DNA of 62,760 nucleotides, filler included, from Chiloscyllium plagiosum (lineage: Eukaryota), in NCBI RefSeq assembly GCF_004010195.1. It is 6 parts of 2 records of this genome, joined end to end, with 100 filler letters (N's around TTAATTAATTAA, not from the genome) between each part and the next. Parts side by side here need not be neighbours in the genome. Positions count along the whole stretch, not along the records: positions 12,119 to 26,674 come from NC_057710.1; positions 26,775 to 33,840 come from NC_057710.1; positions 33,941 to 49,245 come from NC_057710.1; 3 more parts are not named here. One strand, written 5' to 3'. The translations under genes were made by a program, and so were the position numbers. The notes under the pieces were generated by a model. It ran no database searches. It was not told the DNA's origin and was given only the letters and a program-made list of their open reading frames with translations. This document shows positions 24,221-36,000 of the stretch, in pieces; within the stretch, counting starts at the first letter, position 1, and the number at the start of each line of letters is the position of its first letter.

Positions 24221-25174
24221 GTAAGTCTCGCTCTTCACTATCTCAGGAGCACTGGACAAGAACCCCATCACACCCCACCCTTCACCAAGATCCTATCATT
24301 TCATTTTAAAAAAAGGCTTTTTGAACAACAACTGGAATGGACCAGGATCAAACTGAAGGATACTCAGATTTTTTATTAAAAGCGCATGTTTCAGGATTGA
24401 GTGAGCACTCAGCCAGCATATGGACTGTCTTACATTAAATGTTGTTTGTGACATTCCAAAGCCAGAAAAGTTGGGCAGATTTCAAAGATCACCATAAAAA
24501 TCGGGATCACTACCTTGAGCTATGATTTGAAGGATATTTTAGTAAACCAGCTGTGAATGTGCAGCAGCCACCCCCCCCCCCCCCCCCCCTGCCTGCAATG
24601 CAGGTACAAAGCAGAGGCTGTTCGAAAACATTCAGGGAAGACACAAGCCATCAAGTCTGGGAGGGAAAAAAATCCAATATAATGACTGACCTTTCTCACA
24701 CAGAATCTAATACAAGGCGGTTGCGGAACTGCAAACTGAATGCAGTTGGACTGTTTACTTGTGAATGAAAAGTGAGATGAGTAATTCTGTGAAGACAAAG
24801 TAAATTGGCTCTGTTTGTAGCTGGCCATTGGTTATCTTGGATTGAATTCAGTCGCCAGGTTTGATTGCTGAGTCAGGTGCACAGAGGTGGGAGAAACCTC
24901 AAAGCTGCAAACCCAACATTGAGAAAGGGGTGGCCTGTGATTCCAGTCTGGGGAATGTGGTCTGGGAGTGAGCACTGGATTGTGGGTCTGGCCATCTAAC
25001 TCAGGAAGATAAAGCTGTTCATTTCCCAAGGCGGGCTGGGCAGACTCTGACACTGTGTTCAAACTGAAAAAAAGATTTTAAACATAAGCCATCCACCTAG
25101 CTCACATCCCCACACTCTCCATGTTCCGAATACAGATGGCACGCCCTCATCGCTCACACACCATTTACACAAAC

Positions 25175-25410
25175 TGTAGTGATTGTAACAAGGTCAGCAA
25201 GGTAGACTTCATAGAATAGGAGTTCCCTGATTGGGGCTGTAAGTCTGATCCAATCAGGGAGCTCTGGCTGACAGATATAAACAGGAGTGTCAGAGGTTCG
25301 ATTCACTCTGAGAGCTGGCTCTGAGGGAGCTGGATCAGTGTCAAGGACTCTCCTGGTGTAAATAAAGGGTGATGCGGTGGTGGGACACCCACCTCTGTGG
25401 AGAAACGTCA
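25175..25410 (+). mobile_element. Short solo LTR (236 bp)
   Basis: TG...CA termini; 5-bp TSD CAAAC (25170-25174, 25411-25415); inverted CCAAT pair, TATAAA, AATAAA. Confidence 0.75.
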
Positions 25411-25759
25411 CAAACCTCTGCCCTCAGACCCACCCCCAAACCCATGGACTCTCATATGGGCCTAGGCCTACCCAATGCCCATCTCCCCTCCCTATGACCC
25501 TTCATGTCCCTCATGCCACCATATGCTCATCAATTCATCCCCCATGGCCACTCAAAGCCTTTATTCACTGAATCATCTCTAGGACCATTTATAAACTCAA
25601 TACCAACTCACTGTTAACCCGACACTCCCACCTCACCCATTTCCACAACAGCTTACCAAACATCTACCTCTACTGAAAAGAAACACTGTAACTGAACCAA
25701 AAAGTCCTGCATTAATATTGCCATGTCTAATCCCTGATGAAAATGTTATTTCATGTGGA

Positions 25760-26030
25760 GTCATAGAGTCACAAAGGTATACAGCACGGGTAAAGACCTT
25801 TTGGCCGAAACGTCTGCACTGGTCAAAAAGAACCACCGACTGATTTTAATCCCATTTTCCAGCACTTGGCCCACAGCCTTGTATGCCTTGGCATCACAAG
25901 TGCACACCGAAATATTTCTTGAATGTTATGAGGGTTTCTGCATCTACCACCCTTACAGGCAGCAAATTCCAGAACCCCAGCTCCTTCTGGGTGAACATAT
26001 TTTTCCCTTCTGTCCCTTACATTAAATTAA
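25760..26030 (-). mobile_element. Decayed CR1 3' end
   Basis: Reverse complement resembles FTQKE..FWNLLP..VV.A..L..FK.Y.. and 3' UTR. Confidence 0.6.
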
Positions 26031-26109
26031 TGTCCCCACTTGCTGTTTATGTCGTTTGGCTCACAAGTATTCCTGTTTAGTAGCTTCACTAGGCTTGTAC
26101 CTCATTTTT

Positions 26110-27000
26110 AGGTCTAAATTGGAGAAAGGCCAATTTTGACGGTATTAGGCAAGAACTTTCAAAAGCTGATTGGAGGCAGATGTTCGCAGGTAAAGGGATG
26201 GCTGGAAAATGGGAAGCCTTCAGAAATGAGATAACAAGAATCCAGAGAAAGTATATACCTGTCTGGGTGAAAGGAAAGGCTGGTAGGTATAGGGAATGCT
26301 GGATAACTAAAGAAATGGAGGGTTTGGTTAAGAAAAAGAAGGAAGCATATGTCAGGTAAGGGATGGCTGGAAAATGGGAAGCCTTCAGAAATGAGATAAC
26401 AAGAATCCAGAGAAAGTATATACCTGTCTGGGTGAAAGGAAAGGCTGGTAGGTATAGGGAATGCTGGATAACTAAAGAAATGGAGGGTTTGGTTAAGAAA
26501 AAGAAGGAAGCATATGTCAGGTATAGACAAGGTAGATCGAGTGAATCCTTAGAAGAGTATAAAGGAAGTAGGAGTATACTTAAGAGGGAAATCAGGAGGG
26601 CAAAACAGGACATGAGATAGCTTTGGCATATAGAATTAAGGAGAATCCAAAGGGTTTTTACAAATATATTAAGGNNNNNNNNNNNNNNNNNNNNNNNNNN
26701 NNNNNNNNNNNNNNNNNNTTAATTAATTAANNNNNNNNNNNNNNNNNNNNNNNNNNNNNNNNNNNNNNNNNNNNAGAGGGTGGTACGTGTATGGAATGAG
26801 CTGCCAGAGGATGTGGTGGAGGCTGGTACAATTGCAACATTTAAGAGGCATCTGGATGGGTATATGAATAGGAAGGGTTTGGAGGAATATGGGCCGGGTG
26901 CAGGCAGGTGGGACTAGATTGGGTTGGGATAACTGGTCGGCATGGACAGGTTGGATTGAAGGGTCTGTTTCCATGCTGTACATCGCTATGACTCTATGAC
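26110..27000 (+). mobile_element. CR1 LINE ORF2 fragment and 3' end across an assembly gap
   Basis: KWEAF..EI.RIQ.KYIP; IKENPKGFYKYIK; WNELPEDVVEAG. Confidence 0.85.
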
Positions 27001-29340
27001 CTGATGCTGCTCCTGGCATACCCTCCTGCCCTCTCCATTGAAACAGGGTTGACCCCCTGGCTTGATGGGAATGGGACTGGGGGATATACCAGGCCATGAG
27101 GTTACAGATTGTGCTGGAGTACAGTTCTGCTGCTGTTGATGGCTTACAGCACCTCAGCGATGCCCAGTCTTGAGCTGCTAGATCGGTTTGAATTCTGTCC
27201 CATTTAGCATGGCGATAGTGCCACACAGCACTGATACTGTCATGGACAGATGTTTCTGTGGTGGGAAGATTGGTAAGGATGAAGTCAGGTATGTTTTTCC
27301 CTCTTGTTGGTTCCCTCACCCCCCGGTGCAGACCCAGACCCAGCCTTACAGCTTTGCCCTTTAGGACCTGATCAGCTCAATCAGTCATGCTGCTGTTGAG
27401 CCACTCCTGGATATTGAAATCCCCACCCAGAGGACCTTTAGTGCCCTTGGCACCCTCAGTGCTTCCTCCAAGTGTTGTTCAACATGGGGAAGCACTAAAT
27501 CATCAGCCAAGGGAGAGCAGTATGTGGTAATAATCAGGAGGTTTCTTTGGCTCATGGTTAACCTGAAACCAAGAGACTTCATGGAGGGCAGAGTCAATGA
27601 TGAGGTCTCCCAGGGGAACTCCATTCCAACTGTAGGCCAAACTGCTGGGTCTGTAGACCAGACTGCTGGTTCTGTAGACCAGACTGCTGGGTCTGTATAC
27701 CAGACTGCTGGGTCTGTAGACCAGACTGCTGGATCTGTATACCAGACTGCTGGATCTGTAGACCAGACTGCTGGGTCTGTAGACCAGACTGCTGGGTCTG
27801 TATACCAGACTGCTGGGTCTGTAGACCAGACTGCTGGATCTGTATACCAGACTGCTGGATCTGTAGACCAGACTGCTGGGTCTGTAGACCAGACTGCTGG
27901 GTCTGTATACCAGACTGCTGGGTCTGTAGACCAGACTGCTGGATCTGTATACCAGTCTGCTGGTTCTGTAGACCAGACTGCTGGATCTGTATACCAGACT
28001 GCTGGATCTGTAGACCAGACTGCTGGGTCTGTAGACCAGACTGCTGGGTCTGTATACCAGACTGCTGGGTCTGTAGACCATACTGCTGGGTCTGTAGACC
28101 AGACTGCTGGATCTGTATACCAGACTGCTGGATCTGTAGCCCAGACTGCTGGTTCTGTAGACCAGACTGCTGGTTCTGTAGACCAGACTCTGGGTCTGTA
28201 TACCAGACTGCTGGGTCTGTAGACCATACTGCTGGATCTGTATACCAGACTGCTGGATCTGTAGACCAGACTGCTGGGTCTGTATACCAGACTGCTGGTT
28301 CTGTAGGCCATACTGCTGGATCTGTATACCAGACTGCTGGTTCTGTAGACCAGACTGTTGGGTCTGTATACCAGACTGCTGGGTCTGTAGACTAGACTGC
28401 TGGGTCTGTAGGCCATACTGCTGGGTCTGTAGGCCAGACTGCTGGGTCTGTAGGCCAGACTGCTGGGTCTGTAGACCAGACTGCTGGGTCTGTAGACCAG
28501 ACTGCTGGGTCTGTAGGCCAGACTGCTGGGTCTGTAGACTAGACTGCTGGGTCTATAAACCAGACTGCTGGGTCCGTAGACCAGACTGCTGGGTCCGTAA
28601 ACCAGACTGCTGGGTCTGTAAATCAGACTGCTGGGTCTGTAGGCCAGACTGCTGGATCTGTATACAAGTCTGCTGGGTCTGTATACCAGTCTGCTGGGTC
28701 TGTAGACCAGACTGTTGGGTCTGTATACCAGACTGCTGGGTCTGTAGACCAGACTGCTGGGTCTGTAGGCCAGACTGCTGGGTCTGTAGACCAGACTGCT
28801 GGGTCTATAAACCAGACTGCTGGGTCTGTAGGCCAGACTGCTGGGTCCGTAAACCAGACTGCTGGGTCCGTAAACCAGACTGCTGGGTCTGTAAACCAGA
28901 CTGCTGGGTCTGTAGGCCAGACTGCTGGATCTGTATACAAGTCTGCTGGGTCTGTATACCAGTCTGCTGGGTCTGTAGACCAGACTGCTGGATCTGTATA
29001 CCAGACTACTGGGTCTGTATACCAGACTGCTGGGTTTGTAGACCAGACTACTGGGTCTGTATACCAGACTGCTGGGTCTGTCCTACCTGTGGAACAGAAC
29101 ATTCCCAGAGATGGTGATGGTGGTGTATGGGACATGGTCTGTGAGGTATGATTCCATCAGTGTGACTAGTCTGTGAGACAGCTCTCCCAACTGTGGCACT
29201 AGCCCCCAGATGTGAGTAAGGAGGGTTTTGCAGGGTCAACAGGACTGTTTCGGCCATTGTCTTTAACATGCCTAGGTCAATACCAGATAGTTTGTCCAGT
29301 TTCATTTTTTTGTTGAGACTTTGTAGTGATTGATAAGCTG
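27000..29340 (-). mobile_element. CR1/L2-group LINE (family of 1650-4695), endonuclease region containing a minisatellite
   Basis: REPTRGKNI.DFILTNLP; WDRIQTDLAAQDW; LLIITTY..P. Confidence 0.75.
27630..29080. repeat. 21-bp minisatellite (ccagactgctgggtctgtaga)n, ~69 units
   Basis: Directly visible; explains the QTAGSVD/STDPAVW ORFs. Confidence 0.95.
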
Positions 29341-29349
29341 AGTGATTAG

Positions 29350-31290
29350 AACGTAGAACATAAAGCATAGACCATAGAACAGTACAGGACAGTGCAGGCC
29401 CTTCAGCCCTCGATGGTGTACTGACCTTTTATCCTTCTCTAAGATCAAACTAACCTACATACCCTTCATTTTACTATCTTCCATGTGCTTATCCAAGAGT
29501 CGATTAAATGTCCCTAATATATCTGACTCTACTACCACCATTGGCAGTGCAATCCACCCACCCACCACTTTTTGTGTAAAGAACCTACCCCTGACATCTT
29601 CCCTAAACCTTCCTCCATTCACCTTAAAATTATGGCCCCTCGTGATAGCCACTTCTGACCTGGGAAAGAATGTCTGGCTATCCACTCTATCTCTCATATC
29701 ATCTTCTACACCTCTTTCAAGTCACCTCTCATCCTTCCTTGCTCCAATGAGAAAAGCCGTAGCTCTCTTAACCTTTCTTCATGAGACATGCCCTCCAGAC
29801 CAGGCAGCATCCTGGTAAATCTTCTTGGCACCGCCTCTAAAGCTTCCACATCCTTCCTAAAATGAGGCGACTAGAACTGAACAAAATATTCCAAGTGTGG
29901 TCTAACCAGGGCTTTATAGAGCTGTAGTATAACCTCGCTGCTCTTAAACTCAATCCCCCCGCTAATGAAAGCCAATACACCATACACCTTCTTTACAACT
30001 CTATCAACTTGGGTGGCAACTTTGAAGGATCTATGGACATAGACCCTAAGATCTCTCTGTTCCTGCCAAGATTCCTGCTTTTAGCCCTGGATTCTGCATT
30101 CAAATTTGACCTTCCAAAGTGAATCACTTCACACTTTTCCAGGTTGAACTCCATCTGCCACTTCTCAGCCCAGTTCTGCATCCTGTCAATGTCCCATTGT
30201 AACCTGCAACAGCCGTCAACACTATCCAGCACTCCACCAATCTTCGTGTCATCGGCAAACTTACTAACCCACTCTTCCACTTCCTCATCTCAGTCATTTA
30301 TAAAAATCACAAAGAACAGAGGTCCCAGAACAGATCCCTGTGGAACACCACTGGTCACCGAGCTCCAGGCTGAATGCTTTCCATCTAATACCACCCTCTG
30401 TCTTCTATGGGCCAGCCAATTCTGTATTCAGACAGCCAGATTTCCCTCTATCTCTCTATCTACTTTCTGAATGAGCCTATTCTGGGGAACCTTATCAAAT
30501 GCCTTACTGAAATCCATGTACACCACATCCACTGCTCCACCTTGTCCCAAAGCTGGTCCTTTTTCCTAAAAGCTGTTCCTTCTCTCAAGGATACTATGTC
30601 CTTGATGTTTTTTTCAGAGGGGTCATATACAGGCCGGGCTCTGAAACGGCTGGGTTTGGTACAGAGATGGAAGGCCTTTTTGTTTATACATAAACAGATG
30701 AGTCTTTAGGCCAAAGCCTTTATGTTTTCAGAAGTAACCAGCATAAGGCAGGGGGGCGTGGCCAGCTCCCGAGCTGAGCAGTTCAGTCCAGACCTAGTTA
30801 GGGAGTTCAGCAGTGGAGCTGTGTGGAAACAGGCTGCTAGATTCTCTCTCCTTCTGTCCTTCTAACTTCAACCTGTCAGCCTTTGTTTCATTTTTACTGT
30901 GTTTAAGGGGGGGGTTGCTTCTTGGGACTGTTGTGTGTATTTGGAGCAGCATAATGAAGTCTAGTTTGGACAGACTGAGTTCTGTAGGGGCTCTTTATTC
31001 TGTTCTTCGTGTTTCATTGTGTAATTTTGTAAAACAGAAAAAAGTATTTAAAACCTGGTAGTCACCCTAGATAACTTACTCTGGGTAATGTTCACTGTCT
31101 ACTTACCAAAACAAATTGCAAAGTTACAGTCTGGGCTGTCTGTTTAAGAATGTTTGAGTGGTCTGGCCTAGTCCATAACAACCTTCATCAATGTGTTTTA
31201 TCACATCTTCAAAGAATTCAGTGTGGCTTTTGAGAGACATGATCTGTCCCTTACAAAGCCATGCTGACTATCTCTAATCAAACTATGGTA
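29350..31290 (-). mobile_element. CR1 LINE RT-to-3' fragment interrupted by a solo LTR
   Basis: [51 protein letters not shown]. Confidence 0.9.
30543..31180 (+). mobile_element. Solo LTR (probably Gypsy-type)
   Basis: TGT...ACA termini; 4-bp TSD ACCT (30539-30542, 31181-31184); the LINE sequence is continuous across it. Confidence 0.85.
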
Positions 31291-31309
31291 GGTGGTTTGC
31301 TCGATGACT

Positions 31310-31565
31310 TCAGGGGGCAGTTGAGAGACAACCACATAGCTGTGGGTTTGGAGTCACAAATAGGTCAGATCAGGTAAGGATGGCAGTTTCATTCCCTGAA
31401 GGACATTAGTGAGCTAGATGGGCTGTTTGATAATCAACAATGGCTTCATGGTCATCAGTAGATTCTTCATTCTAGATATTTTTTATTGAATTCAAATTCC
31501 ACCGTCTGCCATGGCAGGAATTGAACCTGAAACCCAGATATGACCTGAGACTCTGGATTGATAAG
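31310..31565 (-). mobile_element. Second-family SINE
   Basis: Reverse-complement similarity to 33310-33645. Confidence 0.7.
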
Positions 31566-31567
31566 AG

Positions 31568-31780
31568 AAAGTGAGGACTGCAGGCGCTGGCAATCAGAAT
31601 TGAGGGTGGGTTGCTGGAGAAACACAGGCAGCATCCGAGAAGCAGGAGAATCGATGTTTCGGGCATAAGCCCTAATGAGCTCATTCCTGATGAAGGGCAT
31701 TTGCCCGAAATGTCGATTTTCCTGCTCCTCGGATGCTGCCTGACCTGCTGTGCTTTTTCAGCACCACACTCTTAACTCTG
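31568..31780. mobile_element. Fold-back Penelope-like terminal repeat
   Basis: Minus copy 31568-31675 and plus copy 31680-31780. Confidence 0.75.
31687..31714 (+). ncRNA. Minimal hammerhead ribozyme motif
   Basis: CTGATGA-a-GGGC-attt-GCCC-GAAA-TGTC; helix III CpG decayed. Confidence 0.55.
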
Positions 31781-31789
31781 GATAATACC

Positions 31790-33290
31790 ACGAGGTCTCC
31801 CTACCTCTGCTCACCTGTTCCTCCTTACTGATCAACGCTCTTACCATCAAGTCCAAGTCATTTATATACGCCAGAAACAGCAAGGTCCTCAATCCCAATG
31901 TGTGTGGGACCCCACAGGACACACATTTCCAGTTTGGATAAACATATCTCAACCATCATCCTCTGCTTCTTCCCAGTCAGCCAATTGTGGATCCAACTTG
32001 CCAAATCTCCTCGGATCTCCTGGGTTCTTACCCCTTGTTATCAGTGTCCCATGGGAGACCTTTATCAGAAGGCCTGCTGATGTCCAGGCAGACTACATCA
32101 AAAGCATTCTCCTCATCGCCACACCAGGTTACCTCTCCGAAAAATCCAATCAAGTTGGTCGGACATCCCCTCCCATTAACGCAACCATGATATAAGAGTG
32201 AATTTCTGCTGATGCTGGAATCTGAACTGAAAACAAAAAAATGTTGGAGATCACAATTGCTCAGACAGCATCCACAGAGAGAAAGCAAGCTAATGTTCTG
32301 AGTCGAGAACTGAAGTGAAGCGTGGAAGGGGCAACATTTTCGCTATAGTGGGGTGGAGGCCGGGGGTGTTGGAGTGCTGGTGAGGGAAGGATGTTGATAG
32401 TTCAGATTAAGTGTTCAGAATGTGAGAACGACAGAGCAATGGCGCATCTGACTGTCAAGCTGGAAAGAACAGACATTCCCACTGGGGTTGGAGGAAGGGA
32501 GACGGGTGACAGAGAATGTAACAAACAAAGCTGAAGGAAAGGCAAGGATGGGTTCACAATTTGAAACCAATGGTGACTGTTCTTGATTCCTGAGGAAGGG
32601 CATGTGCCCGAAACATCGAATCTCCTTTTCCCTAGATGCTGTCTGACCTGCTGTGCTGTTCCAGCAATAAAGTTTCAGCTCACAATTTGAAACCAATGGT
32701 GACTGTTCTTGATTAATCCCTGCAAATGTAGCCTAATTGTATCCCTCAGAATTGCTTCTAATAGTTTCTCCATCATTGAGGTTAGACTGAATGGCCTGTA
32801 TTTTTCTGTTCCTTCTCTTCCTTCCTTTGTGAATAATGGTAACACATTGGTTGTCCACCAGTCCTCTAGCATATCTCCTCTATCCAGCAAGTAATTGAAA
32901 ATCATTGCCAGCACTTTTGCTAGTTCCTCCCTTGCCTCACTCAACAACCCGGGAAACATTTCATCCAACCCTGGAGATTCCTCAGCTTTTCAGTCTGCAT
33001 CACCACTCAGAACCTCCTCTCTGTCTCTGCTGATTTCTTTAATTGTATTACACATCTTCTACCTGATTTTGATATCCATATTGTCTCCATCTCCAGTGAA
33101 CACCAGACACACAGTATTCATTTAGAACCCTACCTATGTCCTCTGGCTCCGCATGTAAACTACCACTTGTTATCCTTCATGTACTTGTAAACAATTGAGG
33201 ATTTTCCTTTATTTCACCTTCTACTACCCCTTCATGTCCTTTCTAATTTATCTCTTGTACATTAATCCTCTAGGACTTCTGCTATTTTGA
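31790..33290 (-). mobile_element. Old CR1 RT fragments interrupted by PLE-like pieces (32205-32679)
   Basis: AYINDLD; DVVCLD; NVLPLF.K..R....KYRP.SLTS..EKLLE. Confidence 0.7.
32585..32622 (+). ncRNA. Hammerhead ribozyme motif with a complete 5-bp stem I
   Basis: GATTC-CTGAGGA-a-GGGC-atgt-GCCC-GAAA-CATC-GAATC. Confidence 0.6.
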
Positions 33291-33309
33291 GTCTTCAGTC
33301 GGGCTCATA

Positions 33310-33645
33310 GTATTATCACTAGATTATTAATTCAGAAACTCAGCTAATACTCTGGGGACCCAGATATCAATCTTGCCCTGACAGATAATGGAATTTGAAC
33401 TCAGTTATTAATAAAAACAAATCTGGAATTAAAAAATCTACTGATGACCCTGAAACCATTGCCAATTGTTGGGAGAAACCCATCTTACTCACTCATGTCC
33501 TTTAGGGAAGGAAATCTGCCATCCTCACCTAGTCTGACCTACATGTGACTCTAGACCCACAGCAATGTGGTTGACTCTGAAATGCTGTCTGAAATGGCTT
33601 AGTGAGTCACTCAGTCCTCGGACAGCTGCGAGTAGGCATTAATGT
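33310..33645 (+). mobile_element. Second-family SINE with the unexpanded motif
   Basis: Single cctacatgtgactctagacccacagcaatgtggttgact motif at ~33538. Confidence 0.7.
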
Positions 33646-33656
33646 TGTAGGTATTG

Positions 33657-33840
33657 GAGACAGGCCAACAAGAGGTGAGGCCATACTGGATTTGGTTCTG
33701 GGTAACGAACCAGGCCAGGTGTTAGAATTGGAGGTAGGTGAGCACTTTGGGGACAGTGACCACAATTCGGTGACTTTTACTCTAGTGATGGAGAGGGATA
33801 AGTGTGCACTGCAGGGCAAGAGTTATAGCTGGCGGCAGGG
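33657..33840 (+). mobile_element. CR1 APE-endonuclease C-terminal fragment
   Basis: PTRGEAILDLVLGNEPGQV...GDSDHNSV. Confidence 0.85.
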
Positions 33841-33940
33841 NNNNNNNNNNNNNNNNNNNNNNNNNNNNNNNNNNNNNNNNNNNNTTAATTAATTAANNNN
33901 NNNNNNNNNNNNNNNNNNNNNNNNNNNNNNNNNNNNNNNN

Positions 33941-34190
33941 TCGCGGCGGCAGTTGGCTATGAAGAGGTCGAGGGCAGGTAGGAGGCCAGCACTGGGTGTC
34001 CAGGTGGATGGGGTGTGTTGGAGGCGGGAGAAGGGATCATCAGAGGGTGGGCGAGAGTCCTTGTTGAAGAAGTAGGCGCGGAGGCGAAGGCGGTGGAAGA
34101 ATTGTTCGATGTCACGCCGCGTGTTGAACTCATTAATCCGAGAGCGTAGGGGAATGAAGGTGAGGCCTCTGCTGAGGACTGATCTTGCTC
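33941..34190 (-). mobile_element. Penelope-like ORF fragment just upstream of RT
   Basis: VLSRGLTFIPLRSRINEFNTRRDIEQFFHRLRLRAYFFN; similar to 50340-50553. Confidence 0.8.
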
Positions 34191-34334
34191 ATCTTCAATG
34201 CTCATTGCCATTCAAGTGTATGTTCGATAGTAACTTCTAGCAACCACACATGTACATGTAGAAATCGGGGAAATTCTATCCAAGCTGCCTTCTTCCTCCA
34301 GAGATTGTGCTATATTGGAATCTTGCTGCAAACA

Positions 34335-34760
34335 TTGAACAAAGAACAAAGACAACTTACAGCCCAGGAACAGGCCCTTCGACCCTCCAAGTCTGAGCCA
34401 ATCCAAATCTACTGTCTAAACCTGTCGGTCAATTCCTAAACATCTATATCCCTCTACTCCCCACCTACTCATGCATCTGTCCAGACGCATCTACCGTGCC
34501 TGCCTCTACCACCTTTGCTGGCAACGTGTTCCAGACACCCACCACCCTCTGTGTGAAGTACTTGCTGTGTGTATCCCCCTTAAACTTTCCACCTCTCACC
34601 TTGAGAGCATGACCTCTTGTTATTGAATCCCTCACCCTGGGAAAAAAGCTTATCTCTATCCCCCTGTCTATACCCTTCATGATTTTGTGGACCTCAATCA
34701 GGTTCCCCCCTCAATCCCCTTTTTCCTAATGAAAACAATCCGAATCGACTCAACCTCAAC
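34335..34760 (-). mobile_element. CR1 LINE 3' fragment
   Basis: TRGHALKVRGGKF......YFTQRVVGVWNTLP. Confidence 0.85.
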
Positions 34761-35707
34761 AAGTTAAAACTGTATACATTCCAACCGATTCCTGCCCAAG
34801 AGCTCGGAGCCATTGAACCTCTCAGACATTGAGCATTAAGTTTGTCGGTGAAGAGTGTCATTCTTTCGGAAGCTTATGACAGGCTCAAAAATGTAAACTT
34901 ATTTTTTCCGTCTGTCTCTCTCATAATTCCGTATTCCTTTTCCTTTCTGTAGTTGTCTTTCTGTACATGACTTCCTTGGCTCAGACTCTAGAGGTTGAAT
35001 TTTCTCCATGGTAATGGGACGCAGGAGCCAGGGTGGTTGTGCAGTCTGAAACGCTAGGCCTGAGGCCTTAATTGATTTGGCAACACGTTTCCTGTCCAGT
35101 TGAAGCCATTGGGGCCATTGGGATTGAGGGAAGGTCAAATTAATGATTTGCTGATGATGATGTGATTCCCCATTGCAACAGTCCATTGGTTGATTGGTTC
35201 TCCTAAGGGAGAGATCTGCTGAGTGTACCGAGCCTGTCCAGTGCATTAGGGAGTCAGAGGTCATGGTGGAAGGGCTGAATTCCCAGCTCTGTGTGGTGCC
35301 CTGTGTGAGCAGGCCTACTCCATGCTCTTTGAAAGTGACTAGAGGCTGTTTGTTAGCGTTGTAGGAAATCACTTTGAAAACCTCACACCGGGGTCTCATC
35401 TAGCAGAACTCATGGGGAGAGCCTCACTCAATGCTGAGCTGATGCACAATCTATTCTTTCCCCCTGATCTGGCCGCAGTCCAATCATGTAGAGTGAGCCC
35501 CAGAGCATATGCTGGGCCTGTTCCTGAGGGAGTAAGTGTGTGTGTGCAATTGTTGATGCTTCCTCCTTCTGCTGGGTACGAGCAACAGCTGGTAAGGCAG
35601 TCATTCAGAGTTTCAGCATAAAAGTTGAAAGGATGTTTTAGGATGGAGGAAGGGAGGCTTGGGATGGGAGCAGGAAGTCCACAGTTGCAGTTCAATGGTG
35701 CCAGTTC

Positions 35708-36000
35708 ATAGAATCACAGGATCCCCACAGTGCTGATGGAGCTCATTCAGCCCATCGAGTCTGCATCACCCCTTCAACGGGCATCCAACGGGCACTCAAT
35801 CCCCGTAACCCAGGGCTAACCCGCCTACACAGCCCTGGACACAATGGGCAATTTAGCATGGCCAATCCACCTAAACTGTCCACCTTTGGACTGTGGGAGG
35901 AAACCGGAGCACCCGGAGGAAACCCACGCAAACACTGGGAGAATGTGCAAACTCCACACAGACAGTGTCCCGAGGCAGGAATCGAACCCGGATCCCTCTC
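35708..36000 (-). mobile_element. HE1/V-SINE-like SINE
   Basis: gggcaatttagcatggccaatccacc...ggaatcgaacccgg. Confidence 0.8.

Noticed and set aside
27385..29135. STDPAVW/QTAGSVD repeat ORFs
   Set aside because: Translation of a 21-bp minisatellite in a decayed LINE
34843..34882. Hammerhead-like tgtc...tgaaga...gaagctta-tgaca
   Set aside because: The CTGA and GAAA core bases are altered and stem II does not pair
34899..35399. 166-aa minus-strand ORF in unique DNA
   Set aside because: No recognisable domain or splice context; compatible with a chance ORF
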